Shown here piece after piece: positions 26,299 to 37,344 of a stretch of DNA of 44,946 nucleotides. Under the pieces are notes generated by a model that ran no database searches, was not told where the DNA came from, and worked only from the letters and a program-made list of their open reading frames with translations. Where the stretch lies: assembly GCA_002633005.1 (NCBI GenBank), contig NMRA01000250.1:367140-412085 (forward strand), written 5' to 3'. How positions within the stretch are numbered: position 1 is the first letter of the stretch; each line of letters starts with the position of its first letter. This DNA is from Phoronis australis (Eukaryota; Animalia; Phoronida). A program made the position numbers and the translations under genes.

Positions 26299-26505
26299 AC
26301 TCACCGTTTTACCTAGTTTAAAAGTTTGATCACAAATTACAGAGTTAGACAAGTTGCAAAATTGATTGACTCACTTCCCAAAATAAACTTCCCCCCGAAA
26401 TAGGTCACCAGGTAGCGCTTACAAATAAGATGACGTCATGTTGGCCACCTGTTGGTCAGAATTTAAACTACACCAATTTCCACGTAACATTGATTGAAGA
26501 AGAAT
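26299..26505. promoter_or_regulatory. Candidate bidirectional promoter (PRA1 on plus; non-coding first exon of TBCEL on minus)
   Basis: CRE palindrome TGACGTCA 26431-26438, CTCF-like gccacctgttggtc ~26444-26457, CCAAT ~26473. Minus-strand donors ACG|gtgagt (26305) and GAA|gtgagt (~26375) point toward TBCEL. Confidence 0.5.
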
Positions 26506-26567
26506 ATGACAGACGACTTGTCAGGGAATATTGACGCCCCTCCTGCATATGAATCTCTAAAAACAGG
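26506..26567 (+). CDS. RABAC1: PRA1/RABAC1 coding exon 1 (MTDDLSGNIDAPPAYESLKTG)
   Basis: ATG in aatATG context. Donor GG|gtacgt is phase 2, matching the exon 2 acceptor (cag|C ATG). Lies just downstream of a promoter-like motif cluster. Confidence 0.75.
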
Positions 26568-26874
26568 GTACGTATATAAGGAACGTCATTTTCAATATTT
26601 TTTACCGTTTTTTCTTCCTGATCTTGTGTTAATCAAGCTTTCAGCCATCATGATTATTTGAGAATTGAGGCCAGGCTATTCACATAACGTCTGGAAGACG
26701 TGAATTTGAAGACTCCGAGACCGAAGTCTGTGAAGACACCAGGCAATTACTGACCTGTAGTAATAGCCGAGATTACCCGACTGAGGAATCGCACCAGCGA
26801 CCCGGCAAGCGTTCTAACCATTCAGCTAATAGGCAATTGCCCGTTAGCGAGTAACAGAGGCTCATATCACATTA

Positions 26875-27545
26875 GGCAATGACCATCGCCTCTGTTGGCC
26901 CGAAGCAGAGGCGATGCAGAGGCTATAGGCGCTCTGTACGCCGGAAGCTTTTCGGCGAATTATGCCTCGCACCGACTAAATCATCAAAGTCACGTTGTTA
27001 TAAATACCTTTTGCGCATAGAGGAACACCTTAGGAGGTTGTTGATGTGTTTAAGTCCTTCCAACTGTTACACACCATCCCACTCTCATTGTCATCAGAAT
27101 TTCAGTTCTGATAATTGTTAAGAAACCTTATAAACAACTGGATATTTTAATAACTCAAAGTAGCTTCAGTCTAGTATAGACGTCATTTTGACTTACCAAC
27201 CCATGCCAAATTGAAGTGCACCAAATCAGTTTGGCGCAGACATCAGTTTGGGCTGCACCAGTACAACCGTCTCAACTGGCCCTGGAGTGCCGCTATACGC
27301 TGAAAGCTTTTCAGCGAATTATGCCTCCCGCTGATTAAATCATGAAAGTCATGTTGCTAGAAGAACTTTTTGCACAGAGGAACACTTTAGGAGGCCAGTG
27401 ATGTCTTTAATTATTACCAACTCAAACAAAGACTCCTTAAAACAATTTTTTTTTTCAAACAGTCCTTCATTCCGTTGCCCAAATTTGCAACTGATCATTT
27501 ACACTGTTCATGCCAGGGGGTATGACGTCATGCATGACTTCTGGT
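26875..27545 (+). mobile_element. MITE family with G(A/G)CAATGACCA terminus, long copy with internal duplication
   Basis: 26878-27039 matches 41853-42014 and, inverted, ~41216-41377. Partial internal repeat ~27290-27395. 27500-27535 matches inverted 41100-41138. Confidence 0.7.
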
Positions 27546-28903
27546 TGTGTCGTGGCATGAATCCTCTTTAAATCGCTTGCCAATGGGCATTTGCCTAGTG
27601 GCTAAATGTAATTGGTTTGGACACTTGTTTTGCACGGTATTGATCCCGGGTTTAATTAGTGTTCTGACAGTGTAGAACTTTCTCCATAGTCAGGTATGCT
27701 TGAAGTCTGGATCGTAATATTCACAAAACAATTCCGCGTGGTTTCGTGCGACCTTGCCTTTTAGGAAGTTTCTTATGTCTCCAGAACACGCCCCAGACAA
27801 TCATTGAATTGTGCATGTTACTCAGTGGATAAAATTTGGTTCTCAAAATGAAGAGAGTTAGATTAGTAATGCCTGTACACATGAAACTTATCACTTAAAT
27901 GCTCAGCCAGCCACTCTCCCAACCTCACTCAGTTTTAGTGTGAAGATCATGTGACCAATGTGCGCTCTCTGATGATGCTTTTAGAAGTAATGTTATGGAG
28001 CTTTTGATTGTAGTCAAAATTCTGCGACTTGAGACAGTCTGTAGAATTTCAGACACTGAAACTGGCCTGCAAGAACCTAATTTTCTTGATTCTGGAATTT
28101 GGGAAAAGGGAGATTTTGGCATTCGTCATATCTCAAAGTTCGGACATGTTTTCAATCTGCAGAGTGGGTAATTTTGCCGTCTTTCAGGTGATTCTTGAAT
28201 TTGGGACTGGCAATATTGGTTATTTCTTGAATTTGGGACAAACTCCAACCTTGAGCAAAATAATTGGTTTTTCATTGTCCCATATTGGAGAATTTTTACT
28301 GTTTACTAGCATATGTTTTTTGATTTCTCACTGCAATACGGCCGAAGACTGGTGTTATATTGGTCCAAGGTCTGTTACCAACCTAACCAGCATGAGGCCA
28401 ATTTTATTAGTGTGATAATAATAGCACATAGCAAAGAAAATTTGTACATAAATGAATCAGTTGCTATTCAGGAAAGCTGAGCTTACACTTTGCTGAATAA
28501 GTAGGTATCTTCATTCAACCTTCAACTGTGGTAGAAAATCAATGTTCTCTCTCAGTTTTAACGTCGCGTGCTTTACCATCTGATGATGATTGTAGAAATA
28601 ATGCGAAATGTTATGTCGTTTTTAATTATAGTGATGTTCTTCAATTTTAGTACCAATATTACTCGTGATGGTATTACTCCTAGCCGTGACTCGGACTATC
28701 TTCTTCCCTCCCTTCGTGCACACTTGTACAAGACTGATCTGCATGAAAGGGGTCAATACATTTCTTTGGTATCATTTGGCATATATAAAGTTTGCTTAAA
28801 CCTGCATTTTGTCTTGTTTAGCAAGCGAACAAAAAAAAAAATAGAATTAGGCTTTTCATTTTCATGACATGTGTTTCACTACATTTCTTGCCGTGGGAGG
28901 AAT

Positions 28904-29195
28904 CTATTTGAGTTACCAACTCGACCACAGACAATGTGTACACGTGCCATTTTATTTAAGTTTCCAACTCGACCACAGACAATGTGTACACGTGCCATTC
29001 TATTTAAGATACCAACTGGACTGCTGACAATGTGTACACGTGCCATTCTATTTAAGTTACCAACTCGACCACAGACATTTGTACACCTGCCATTCTATTT
29101 AAGTTACCAACTCGATTGTAGACAATGTGTACAGTCACGTGCCATTCCATTTAAGTTACCAACTCGACCGCAGTCAATGTGTACACATGCCATTT
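28904..29195 (+). repeat. 48-bp minisatellite, ~6 copies (PRA1 intron 1)
   Basis: Unit ctatttaagttaccaactcgaccacagacaatgtgtacacgtgccatt. Confidence 0.95.
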
Positions 29196-29404
29196 TTGAA
29201 TTTGCAATTTTAGGGTTAGCATTTTCTTGAGTTGCTAATGATTTTGATGTTCTTGTTGATACTGGAAATGGAGTCCTGTCGCGGCAAAGAATATTATGGT
29301 AGTACTAAAACGTTTAATTTTCATTTTCATTTTTGGCCAACTAAACTATGAATGTAGCTTTAATGTGTATGACTAAAATTTATACCTTTTTATTTATATT
29401 TCAG

Positions 29405-29620
29405 CATGTCACTTTCATCGCTTTCACTAAAGAATGTTACAGTCAAGGAGATCATAACAAAAAGTCGAGAGGGCATAAGGCCATGGGGCGATTTCTTGAA
29501 CACCAAAAAGTTCAAAGTTCCCAAGGGCATCGCACAAGCTGGTTCACGAGTTGTGAAAAACATTGAACATTTTCAAAGCAACTATCTGTTTGTTTTCATA
29601 GGACTTGTCATATTTTGCAT
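29405..29620 (+). CDS. RABAC1: PRA1/RABAC1 coding exon 2 (...IRPWGDFLNTKKFKVP...RVVKNIEHFQSNYLFVFIGLVIFC)
   Basis: Hallmark PRA1 motifs RPWxxF and NxxxFQSNY. ttcag| acceptor, AT|gtaagt donor. Confidence 0.95.
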
Positions 29621-30779
29621 GTAAGTTATTGTTGCTGTATTAATCTAAAAAATAATACAATTTAGATGAAGAAAACACATGCATTACATTCAAATCTAAT
29701 GCAGTGGATTATGTTGTGGGGTGAACCGTTTGTTTCGGGTTTAATATGTACAGCGAGTTGGTGTTCCAAGTTACCTGCTGTAGTTCACAACAGTGGGGTC
29801 TGATGTTGCTAACATGATTGATTACAGATTTTGACGATGTAGGAATGGGTTATAACACTGTAAACTCTGGTGAATAAAAAATTAAAAAACACAAGCTTTC
29901 GAGCCTTATGGGTGTGACTCATTATCAGGTGTGAAAACAAGTTTTGCGAAAGGCTTACTTTTACCAACCTGACAGAGCTGCACCCATTAGGACTTGAAAG
30001 CTGTATATATATTTTACAGCATTTTAAAGTGTTTTTAGCTGTTTCTACTTTGTCTGATTTTTCCAATCTTTCCATATATCATTTTTGTTTATAGTTTTTG
30101 AAGTTCGCATTTTCGGCCTGACCTAATTAGTGCTTGTCTGATCTTAAAAACAGCTATAAACCTATATTATTCAAGTGTCAAATCCAATTTGCTCTTCAAA
30201 GCAATGTCATCATGTTCTTATCCTATATGAATTGAAGTTGTCTATTATAGTGGCTGGAGTTCCCCTGGTGCCCATTCTTAGTAGTGTTTTGTTAGCGAAA
30301 GCTAAACTGCTGTAACAGGCAACTTTTTGAACTGAAAAAATCAAGTAAAAATGAATAACTAACTAAAGCAAAGTTTACAAACACTTTTTCAAAGGGGAGG
30401 GGGGTGAACTACAGCACGGATTACAAACACTGTCGAAGGAGGGGTGGCAGTGATTTGGTGCCTGTGGAAGCCTGTCCCTAAGTGAAGTAGATAGAATCTC
30501 ACCAAGGTTAGGCAGAGATAATCGCTAAAACTAATGTTGTCTGGAATTTATCAAATTATTGTCTGGTGGTAGTTACGTAAAAGAACTATTTTTTACTTAT
30601 CGGTTTTGAAAAAAAATAAGGTTTGGGGATGTCGGTACGATAAAATGTCTATTGAGCATGCTTTATTAGTCTTTTGTGTTTGATAAACATAAGATGGTAA
30701 TTGACTTGATGTATTGATCAAGCAAGTCGGCGTACTGTTCCTTGACCCTACATTACATCATGCCCTTCTATATTTACAG

Positions 30780-30877
30780 CATTACATCTCCTCTCTTACT
30801 CATTGCTGTGGCCGCATGCCTTGGTGCTTGTTATATCATCCGTGTGAAGAATGCTGAACGGAAGATGAGCATTATGG
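30780..30877 (+). CDS. RABAC1: PRA1/RABAC1 coding exon 3 (ITSPLLLIAVAACLGACYII...)
   Basis: tttacag|C acceptor, G|gtaagt donor, 98 nt, phase 2->1. TSPxLL motif. Confidence 0.93.
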
Positions 30878-32048
30878 GTAAGTTCAAACAAAAGATTCTG
30901 TCTCAAACAAATGCAAGTGACAGGTTGTTAGTTGTATGTTGGTTGATAATTGAACATCTGTCTGGTTTGTTAAGACAAGAATGCTGGGATCGTAGGTAGA
31001 ACTAGGAGGAGGGGGTCAGGAATGCCTGTGAACAGGACCACAAAACGATGCCACTGGCATAACATTTGTCAGGAAACACGCTCTTTTCCTTCTGAAAATT
31101 ACCCCCCCCTTTCGACATCTTGGATCAATCAGAATGTTACAATTCATCCGTGAATGCCATTATTTTTCAGTGAAATTGTGTACACTAAATAAAAGAATAT
31201 GAAGATCCTGATGGTGTTTTAACTATAGATACTATTCATTGGAAAATTGATTGGTACATGAACTTTGTTTTGTACCAGCGGTTAGAATGTAAACAGTGCA
31301 TCGTGCTGTTGGAGCTTTGTTTTATAGAGAAATAAATATTTACGAGTGCTATACTAAAACTGCTTAGTTTAAGTAATTTAATTCTTAATTAAAATGTTGC
31401 AATGTATAAGCAGCCCGAAATTGGTTTCGAATGAGATGGTAAGTAAACTTTTAAACATTGCACACAAGCTAAACATCACTGTTAAAGTATTCACAAAAAT
31501 AATCATTGTGTCATGTGACTGATCTATAATTATGAATGGAATACACTGCCTGCATTTTTTCAATTTCACACAGGCCAACTCCAATAAAATCAGGAAATGC
31601 AGGAACAGTTGCTTTATATCATAGTTTTCTATAAGAAATGTAATTTTCACAAAAAATTGAAAATTTTAGATAACTATATCTGGAGCTGTAATTAGGTAAT
31701 ATAATTCAGTTTGTATATGTATGTTGTGTGAACGTGTGTCAGTTTGTATCAATGTCAGCATTATCACACGTAACAGGAATTTCATTTCTGCATTTTTGGT
31801 TGTATTTACTTACAAACACAAGATGCTGTGCTTCATATAACCTCAGTATCATCATCAGGTATAACAGTCAGTACGCAGATGGAATATTAGAAACATAATA
31901 TACAAAGGTGAAACAAATCCATAAATGAGAAGAGTTTCTAAACAAGTCCTTGGCTTGCAATGATATCATTTGCATCCAAACATTTCACGAATGATCCTAC
32001 AGGACCTAAATATAAGCTTTCTGTACTGGCGCTGAAAATGACCGTCAA

Positions 32049-32413
32049 GGGGTCATTGTATCTAAGGAATCTTGCTGCCATCTGGTCTAAATGGGGGTCA
32101 TTGTATCTAAGGACTCTTGCTGCCATCTGGTCTAAATGGGGGTCATTGTATCTAAGGAATCTTGCTGCTATCTGGTCTAAATGGGGGTCATTGTATCTAA
32201 GGACTCTTGTTGCCATCTGGTCTAAATGGGGGTCATTGTATCTAAGGAATCTTGCTGCCATCTGGTCTAAATGGGGGTCATTGTATCTAAGGACTCTTGC
32301 TGCCATCTGGTCTAAATGGGGGTCATTGTATCTAAGGACTCTTGCTGCCATCTGGTCTAAATGGGGGTCATTGTATCTAAGGAATCTTGCTGCCATCTGG
32401 TCTAAATGGTTCA
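32049..32413 (+). repeat. 45-bp minisatellite x8 (PRA1 intron 3)
   Basis: Unit ggggtcattgtatctaagga(a/c)tcttgctgccatctggtctaaatg. Confidence 0.97.
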
Positions 32414-32461
32414 TCTTCACAAGGATTTATCCTCAGTTATTGCACAATAGTTTAATTTCAG

Positions 32462-32563
32462 GTCGAGAGTTGAGCGTTTCTCAACAATACGCTGCTGTTG
32501 GACTGGCATCATTTCCCCTGTTTTGGTTGGCTGGCGCAGGCTCTGTAGTCTTCTGGATCATTG
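32462..32563 (+). CDS. RABAC1: PRA1/RABAC1 coding exon 4 (GRELSVSQQYAAVGLASFPLFWLAGAGSVVFWIIG)
   Basis: atttcag|GT acceptor, G|gtgagt donor, 102 nt. SFPxFWLAGAGSxVFW motif. Confidence 0.95.
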
Positions 32564-32595
32564 GTGAGTACACCAGCGGGACACTCAATCAAGGG

Positions 32596-32788
32596 AGGTA
32601 ATCGAATCCTTACCACAGGCCTCGCAAATCTTTCCATGGACCGAAATGCTTACCACAGGAGGAAAACTGAGGTTCTTTGTGCGTGGGAAACATTTTTGCA
32701 GTGTCATGGAGAGTGGTGAGGGTTTTTGCCTCTGGGGTCCACTCCCATGAGAAGTGCTCTTGGGCCTGTTGTAAGGGTCCAGATACCT
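32596..32788. mobile_element. ~190-bp MITE with 26-bp imperfect TIRs
   Basis: aggtaatcgaatccttaccacaggcc / ggcctgttgtaagggtccagatacct. Confidence 0.55.
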
Positions 32789-33265
32789 ATACCTGTTGGT
32801 GTTACGACTCGTTCTGGAATCTGTGATTTACAAATACTTCTTTTTCCCCAAGTTCTTAATTTTTAAACCTTACAAGGTTTTACGAAATTTGACTCTAAAG
32901 TCTTCCTTGAAATTGGCTACTCCATCAGAAATTAATTGGGAATTACTGTCAGACATGGCAGCGGTTAATTAACATATTGTGATATGGTGATTACAGGTGA
33001 CAATTTTTAGTTTTTGACCATTACTTCAGTATTAACGGGAACAAATTGCAGTGATATCCACAGTCTTCTGAATCTGATACACTTTGCAGCCCACGTTTCC
33101 TTATTCTGGACCTAGGGGACCCTCCCGCGCATATTCACGTGTTTCTGCAGCTGCAAGGCATTTAGTAAATCTGCTATTTTCTGATTTTCTCACTTTTCAC
33201 CCATGATTGTCTCGATTTCCACTGAAGATGATGGAGTTTTAACAGAATATTTATGTATATTGCAG

Positions 33266-33369
33266 GTGCGTCAATCTTCGTAATTTCTCTACACGCTGCC
33301 ATGTACAGCTCACTTGGGGAAACGGACAATGATATGCTGGAAATGGATGAAGTTGTCACCCAGTCATAG
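33266..33369 (+). CDS. RABAC1: PRA1/RABAC1 last coding exon (ASIFVISLHAAMY...EMDEVVTQS*)
   Basis: ttgcag|GT acceptor, phase 1. HA motif and acidic tail; TAG at 33367-33369. Summed CDS is 582 nt (193 aa). Confidence 0.93.
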
Positions 33370-34538
33370 ACTTTGCAGTTCGGGGTCAGTCTACTTACAG
33401 CAGTCGGACGAGATTCATGGCATTTTGTCTGACAATCGCGTCATTTCCATACGACTTGTTCAGATTGTCCACTAGTGTAGTAGTGGTCTTTATTGTTTTC
33501 ATCAGAGAACGTGTCATCTTTCCATCAACGGTTGTGCAGTCTTGTGTTCATCTAATAACTTGAAAAAATGTACCATAAATCACACACATCCTGGTAATCC
33601 ACTGATTTCTGGCTAAATTGATATGTGACAAGTTGTAATATTTTCTTAAGTCCTTTGACATACATTAGTGTGTAACCCATAATTCAGTCAGGCATATTTT
33701 CTGTACTGCTTTGACTAACTGAGATTGTAAGTTGGTTGTATTTTAATAATTAAAAAGTACCTAGTGGGGACAGTGGCTATTAGTGGGATTCACTTCTAGG
33801 AGAAAGTAGATTGGAAAGGTTTCCTTTCATTACGGGTAAAATTGGTAATCCATTTTTCGAATTTATTGACAATTTAGTTCTAATACTGACCGTTTAACTG
33901 AACTTTTGAAATAAGTCTCCTTCTACCCTCTCCAGTGTCTCAGTTTTCAAGATGCCTGTGCTTCTTGCCAAGGTCTGGATGAATTTCCATGAGTTTTCAC
34001 TCGAACTGTGACACCTGTGCTTTTTCAAATTCCACTGGTCTAGTGCCCCTAGTGGCGAATTTGTTATTGTCTGTTTTTACGTCTACCTACTGATATCTCA
34101 AAGGCCTTTTAAACTACTCAATACACATTTAAGTTCTCGTTGAAGTTAAACAAGTTGCTTTGTATTGTGGAGAGGATAATATTTGTTTTTTACACAATTC
34201 TTGCTTATGCTGCGCCACCAAGAAGCAATGGTGTTTCACTGGCATCCATTTTTGTTTGCCAAACCACTACATTAGAATGAAACCCACCGTTTTTTGAAAT
34301 GACAAGCTTTGTGCTCCCATCTGACAGTTTCAGTTCAGTTGCCATCTTAGTGCTCTTTAGAAAAATCTGATGAACACTAAATGTGGTATAAGTAAAATCA
34401 ACTTACTCAGATACTGAAGATTTAAGAGTTCAAACGTTTTGGACTGTACTCTATAGTTCTTTATCAACGAATGGTGGAGGGACGTCATGGTTTCCCTCTG
34501 TTCTGTTCTCTGGAAGTAGTATGAACGTCATAGATCTC

Positions 34539-36194
34539 AGGAGAATGCCACCCGATTTAGTTAGTCTTTTTTACCGTCTTAATCCGTCTAAATCCACATC
34601 GCCTCTTATACGGTCGACCTCACCTTGCCGAGGGGTGTCGCGTTAACCTGTGAGGAAGGTGAGAAGCGACGCTGCGACGTCAGTGGTTCGTCTGCAGAGT
34701 GAATGTCGCCACGTTGCGATGCATCGGTTTCCGCTTGTCCGAACTATGAAGCTGCCAAGAAAGCGCGTATTAATGGCTTTTTCGACTTCTTAGAGAGCCT
34801 GAAATGCTTAGGAAGTGGCTCGCGGTAGTGAAGAATGAAAGGTACGCTGTTAATAGCAAGTGAGGCCGTGAAACATCTCCGTGTCTGTGGCCGGCATTTC
34901 GTCGACAGGGATTTCTCTGACGAATTCCGGTTTACCAAAGAACTATCCATACGCTTCGTTGCCTGTGCATGTTCACGGCGCCTCTCTAGTATTTCGTATT
35001 CCGGTTCGAACCGGTAGCCTGTGAAACCTATAGTAACGATCCGTGTAGTCTTCGTCGGATGAGCTCTTGACTAAGTCAGGATTGGCGCCGGGCGAGTTGC
35101 CGTGTAGACGTTTACTATTCTGCGTTTTGTTTCGAAATGAATTATTCTCATAACCAATGCTTATATGAAACCTCGAATCAAAATCTGTCTCATTAGATAC
35201 AGTATTAGTATTGCCTTGGAGTGCTCGTAAGTGCAAATGTTTTAAAAAGCCAGCAATGAATAAACCACTGCGTTACCGGCTTTTGATGCCGGCAGCAAAG
35301 GTAATTGTCCGGGCACTGAGGCCGTGTGAGCGCATGCTAATTCAGTGTTCGCTGACAGAAAGCTGTTGTGAAGGAATTACTCGATTTTATATGCTATGGT
35401 CACATGTTAGGGGAATCTTTATTTAGAAATATAAATACATAATTCAAAACATTGTTACTGTACAACCTTTGCAATGACGGTCTGTGGAAGGGGAACCCTA
35501 CTTCGCGGCCCCCGACAAGTAAGTAGATTTTCAGTTTCATGGCTAATTCACATATATAATTACGTGCACATTATTTCTTTGGCTCACTATTATAGTCTTT
35601 TTGTGACTGGAGGTTTAGTTTCCAACTCAAGCTGCTTTATGTTCGTGCCAGTCCCGGCTGTCGCGACGGGCCTGATCGGGTTCCGAGCCACTGACCGGGA
35701 TAACAAGCGTTTTGTGTGTTTAGAACTAAAAAAATCACAAAGTATTAACTACACAGATCTAGGTTCTCCTGTCTGTATTTCACGGAGAATACTTCGAATT
35801 TATCTCCGAACAGACCCCAAAATCCTGCTACGGACCTTGCTAAATTGGCATGCCGAACTTTGTAGGCTACGATGTGTCCAAATACCAGTAAATCCGTGAC
35901 AGCGAAATAAAACAACACGTTTTTACAAGAACTCGGTGTTTTTTAACGGTTTTACATCGATTTTTGACGATTAATTGGTGTTAAAAGATGAATTCAAGCG
36001 ATAAGCTGTCACCACTAATCCGTGTTGTGAACTGCTGAACAGACTGCGTGTGAAACCAATTACGTCATTGGATAATTTCAACACCTCCGCCTGCCGTCAG
36101 GTGTCAGGTAACGCAACCGAACCTGCCGTTATCGAGTGGAGCTACTCGATCTAAATTGATACAGAATAGGTTGTTTTTCGGGTGGCATTCTCCT
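34539..36194 (+). mobile_element. Non-autonomous Kolobok-type DNA transposon, copy 2 (inverted relative to copy 1)
   Basis: Perfect 17-bp TIR aggagaatgccacccga. TTAA on the right (36195-98), but the left flank is tctc. Frameshifted THAP stub from ATG ~34703 (C..CPN..FF..KWL..HLRVCGRHF..DF). Confidence 0.85.
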
Positions 36195-37344
36195 TTAAAT
36201 CTTCAGTCTCTGAGTAAGTTGATTTTACTTATACCATACCTTCACCGAGACTTTGAAAAAACTTTTTTCAATCAGAACACTAAATGTATTTATATGAAAC
36301 ATTTTTGTTTCCAGTTTATTTGGCACATTGTGAAACTGCAGTAACAGCAACCTTTTTGCTTATTTTATGTATTGAAGCACCCTCTGATGATTAATTGTAG
36401 CACACAAAGGAATGTACTTTCGTCAATAATCAATGTGTTCTGTGTTCTCTACTCATAGTGTGTTAATCTTAGATCAAAACCTGTTTTTTCTTTCCATTTC
36501 CTGCTGCAATAAAAACAAGAATTACTTCAACGGGGATTTCATTTTGTTTTGTTTTTTGGGGGTGAGGGGAGGCTAAGCAGAATTAGGCGATGGCTAACGA
36601 CTCCAATTACATGACATGGAAATAATGAGCCCCTTCCCCTCAGTATCATTACTGTTTACAATGTTCGGCTAGGCATGAACGTTGACGCTGGGGGTTGCTT
36701 CTAACCTTTCATGGCAAAAGTGAGAGTTAATAGTCCTAATGAGACAGCAAAATAATGACAATCTCTTGGAATTTTTCATCTGCAGTTTTGGGCGTACTGG
36801 TTTTACAGAATTGTAGAGTCTATAAAGGTGTTTGTTGGGATGTATATGAAGTGTAATTTAATAAAAAATGCAATTTATAAACTGATGTTGATGTTTTTCC
36901 TGGTGGGGTGTGAGCCGTTGGTGGAATTGAACAGGACGACTAGCCTTGGTTCAAAGCTACCTAAATCAAAGTTTGGTGTTCATTTAGACAGAGCTAGCTT
37001 GCTGGCTAGACAAACTAGTACAGTTACGGAGGCGGAGTTACAGTTTTACGTTTGGGGAGCTTATTCGTTCGTCCAGGCCTCCTCCAAGCATTGACAAAGA
37101 TAAAACGTCGAAGGTAACCTTTTTAAGGCTATTGTCACCGTTTGTCCTTTGAAATTTGTGGTCACGTTCCTCTTCACGATTTTTTTGTCTCAGACGCCAT
37201 TTCTGAGGGTGGGTTTAAACACCGTAACCACCCATGAGATGAACCCCATTGGCAAAGCTTGCCGGTTTTATAGTTTCAGTTGAAGTGAGCTTCAACAACG
37301 TAAATGGTGTGCGTGAGCTGTCTTACAACATCTCTTGTGGTGCT

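Noticed and set aside
31938-32420. 160-aa minus-strand ORF with repeated AARFLRY (neuropeptide-like)
   Set aside because: It is the antisense frame of the 45-bp intronic array, with no signal peptide and no G-K/R amidation or cleavage sites.
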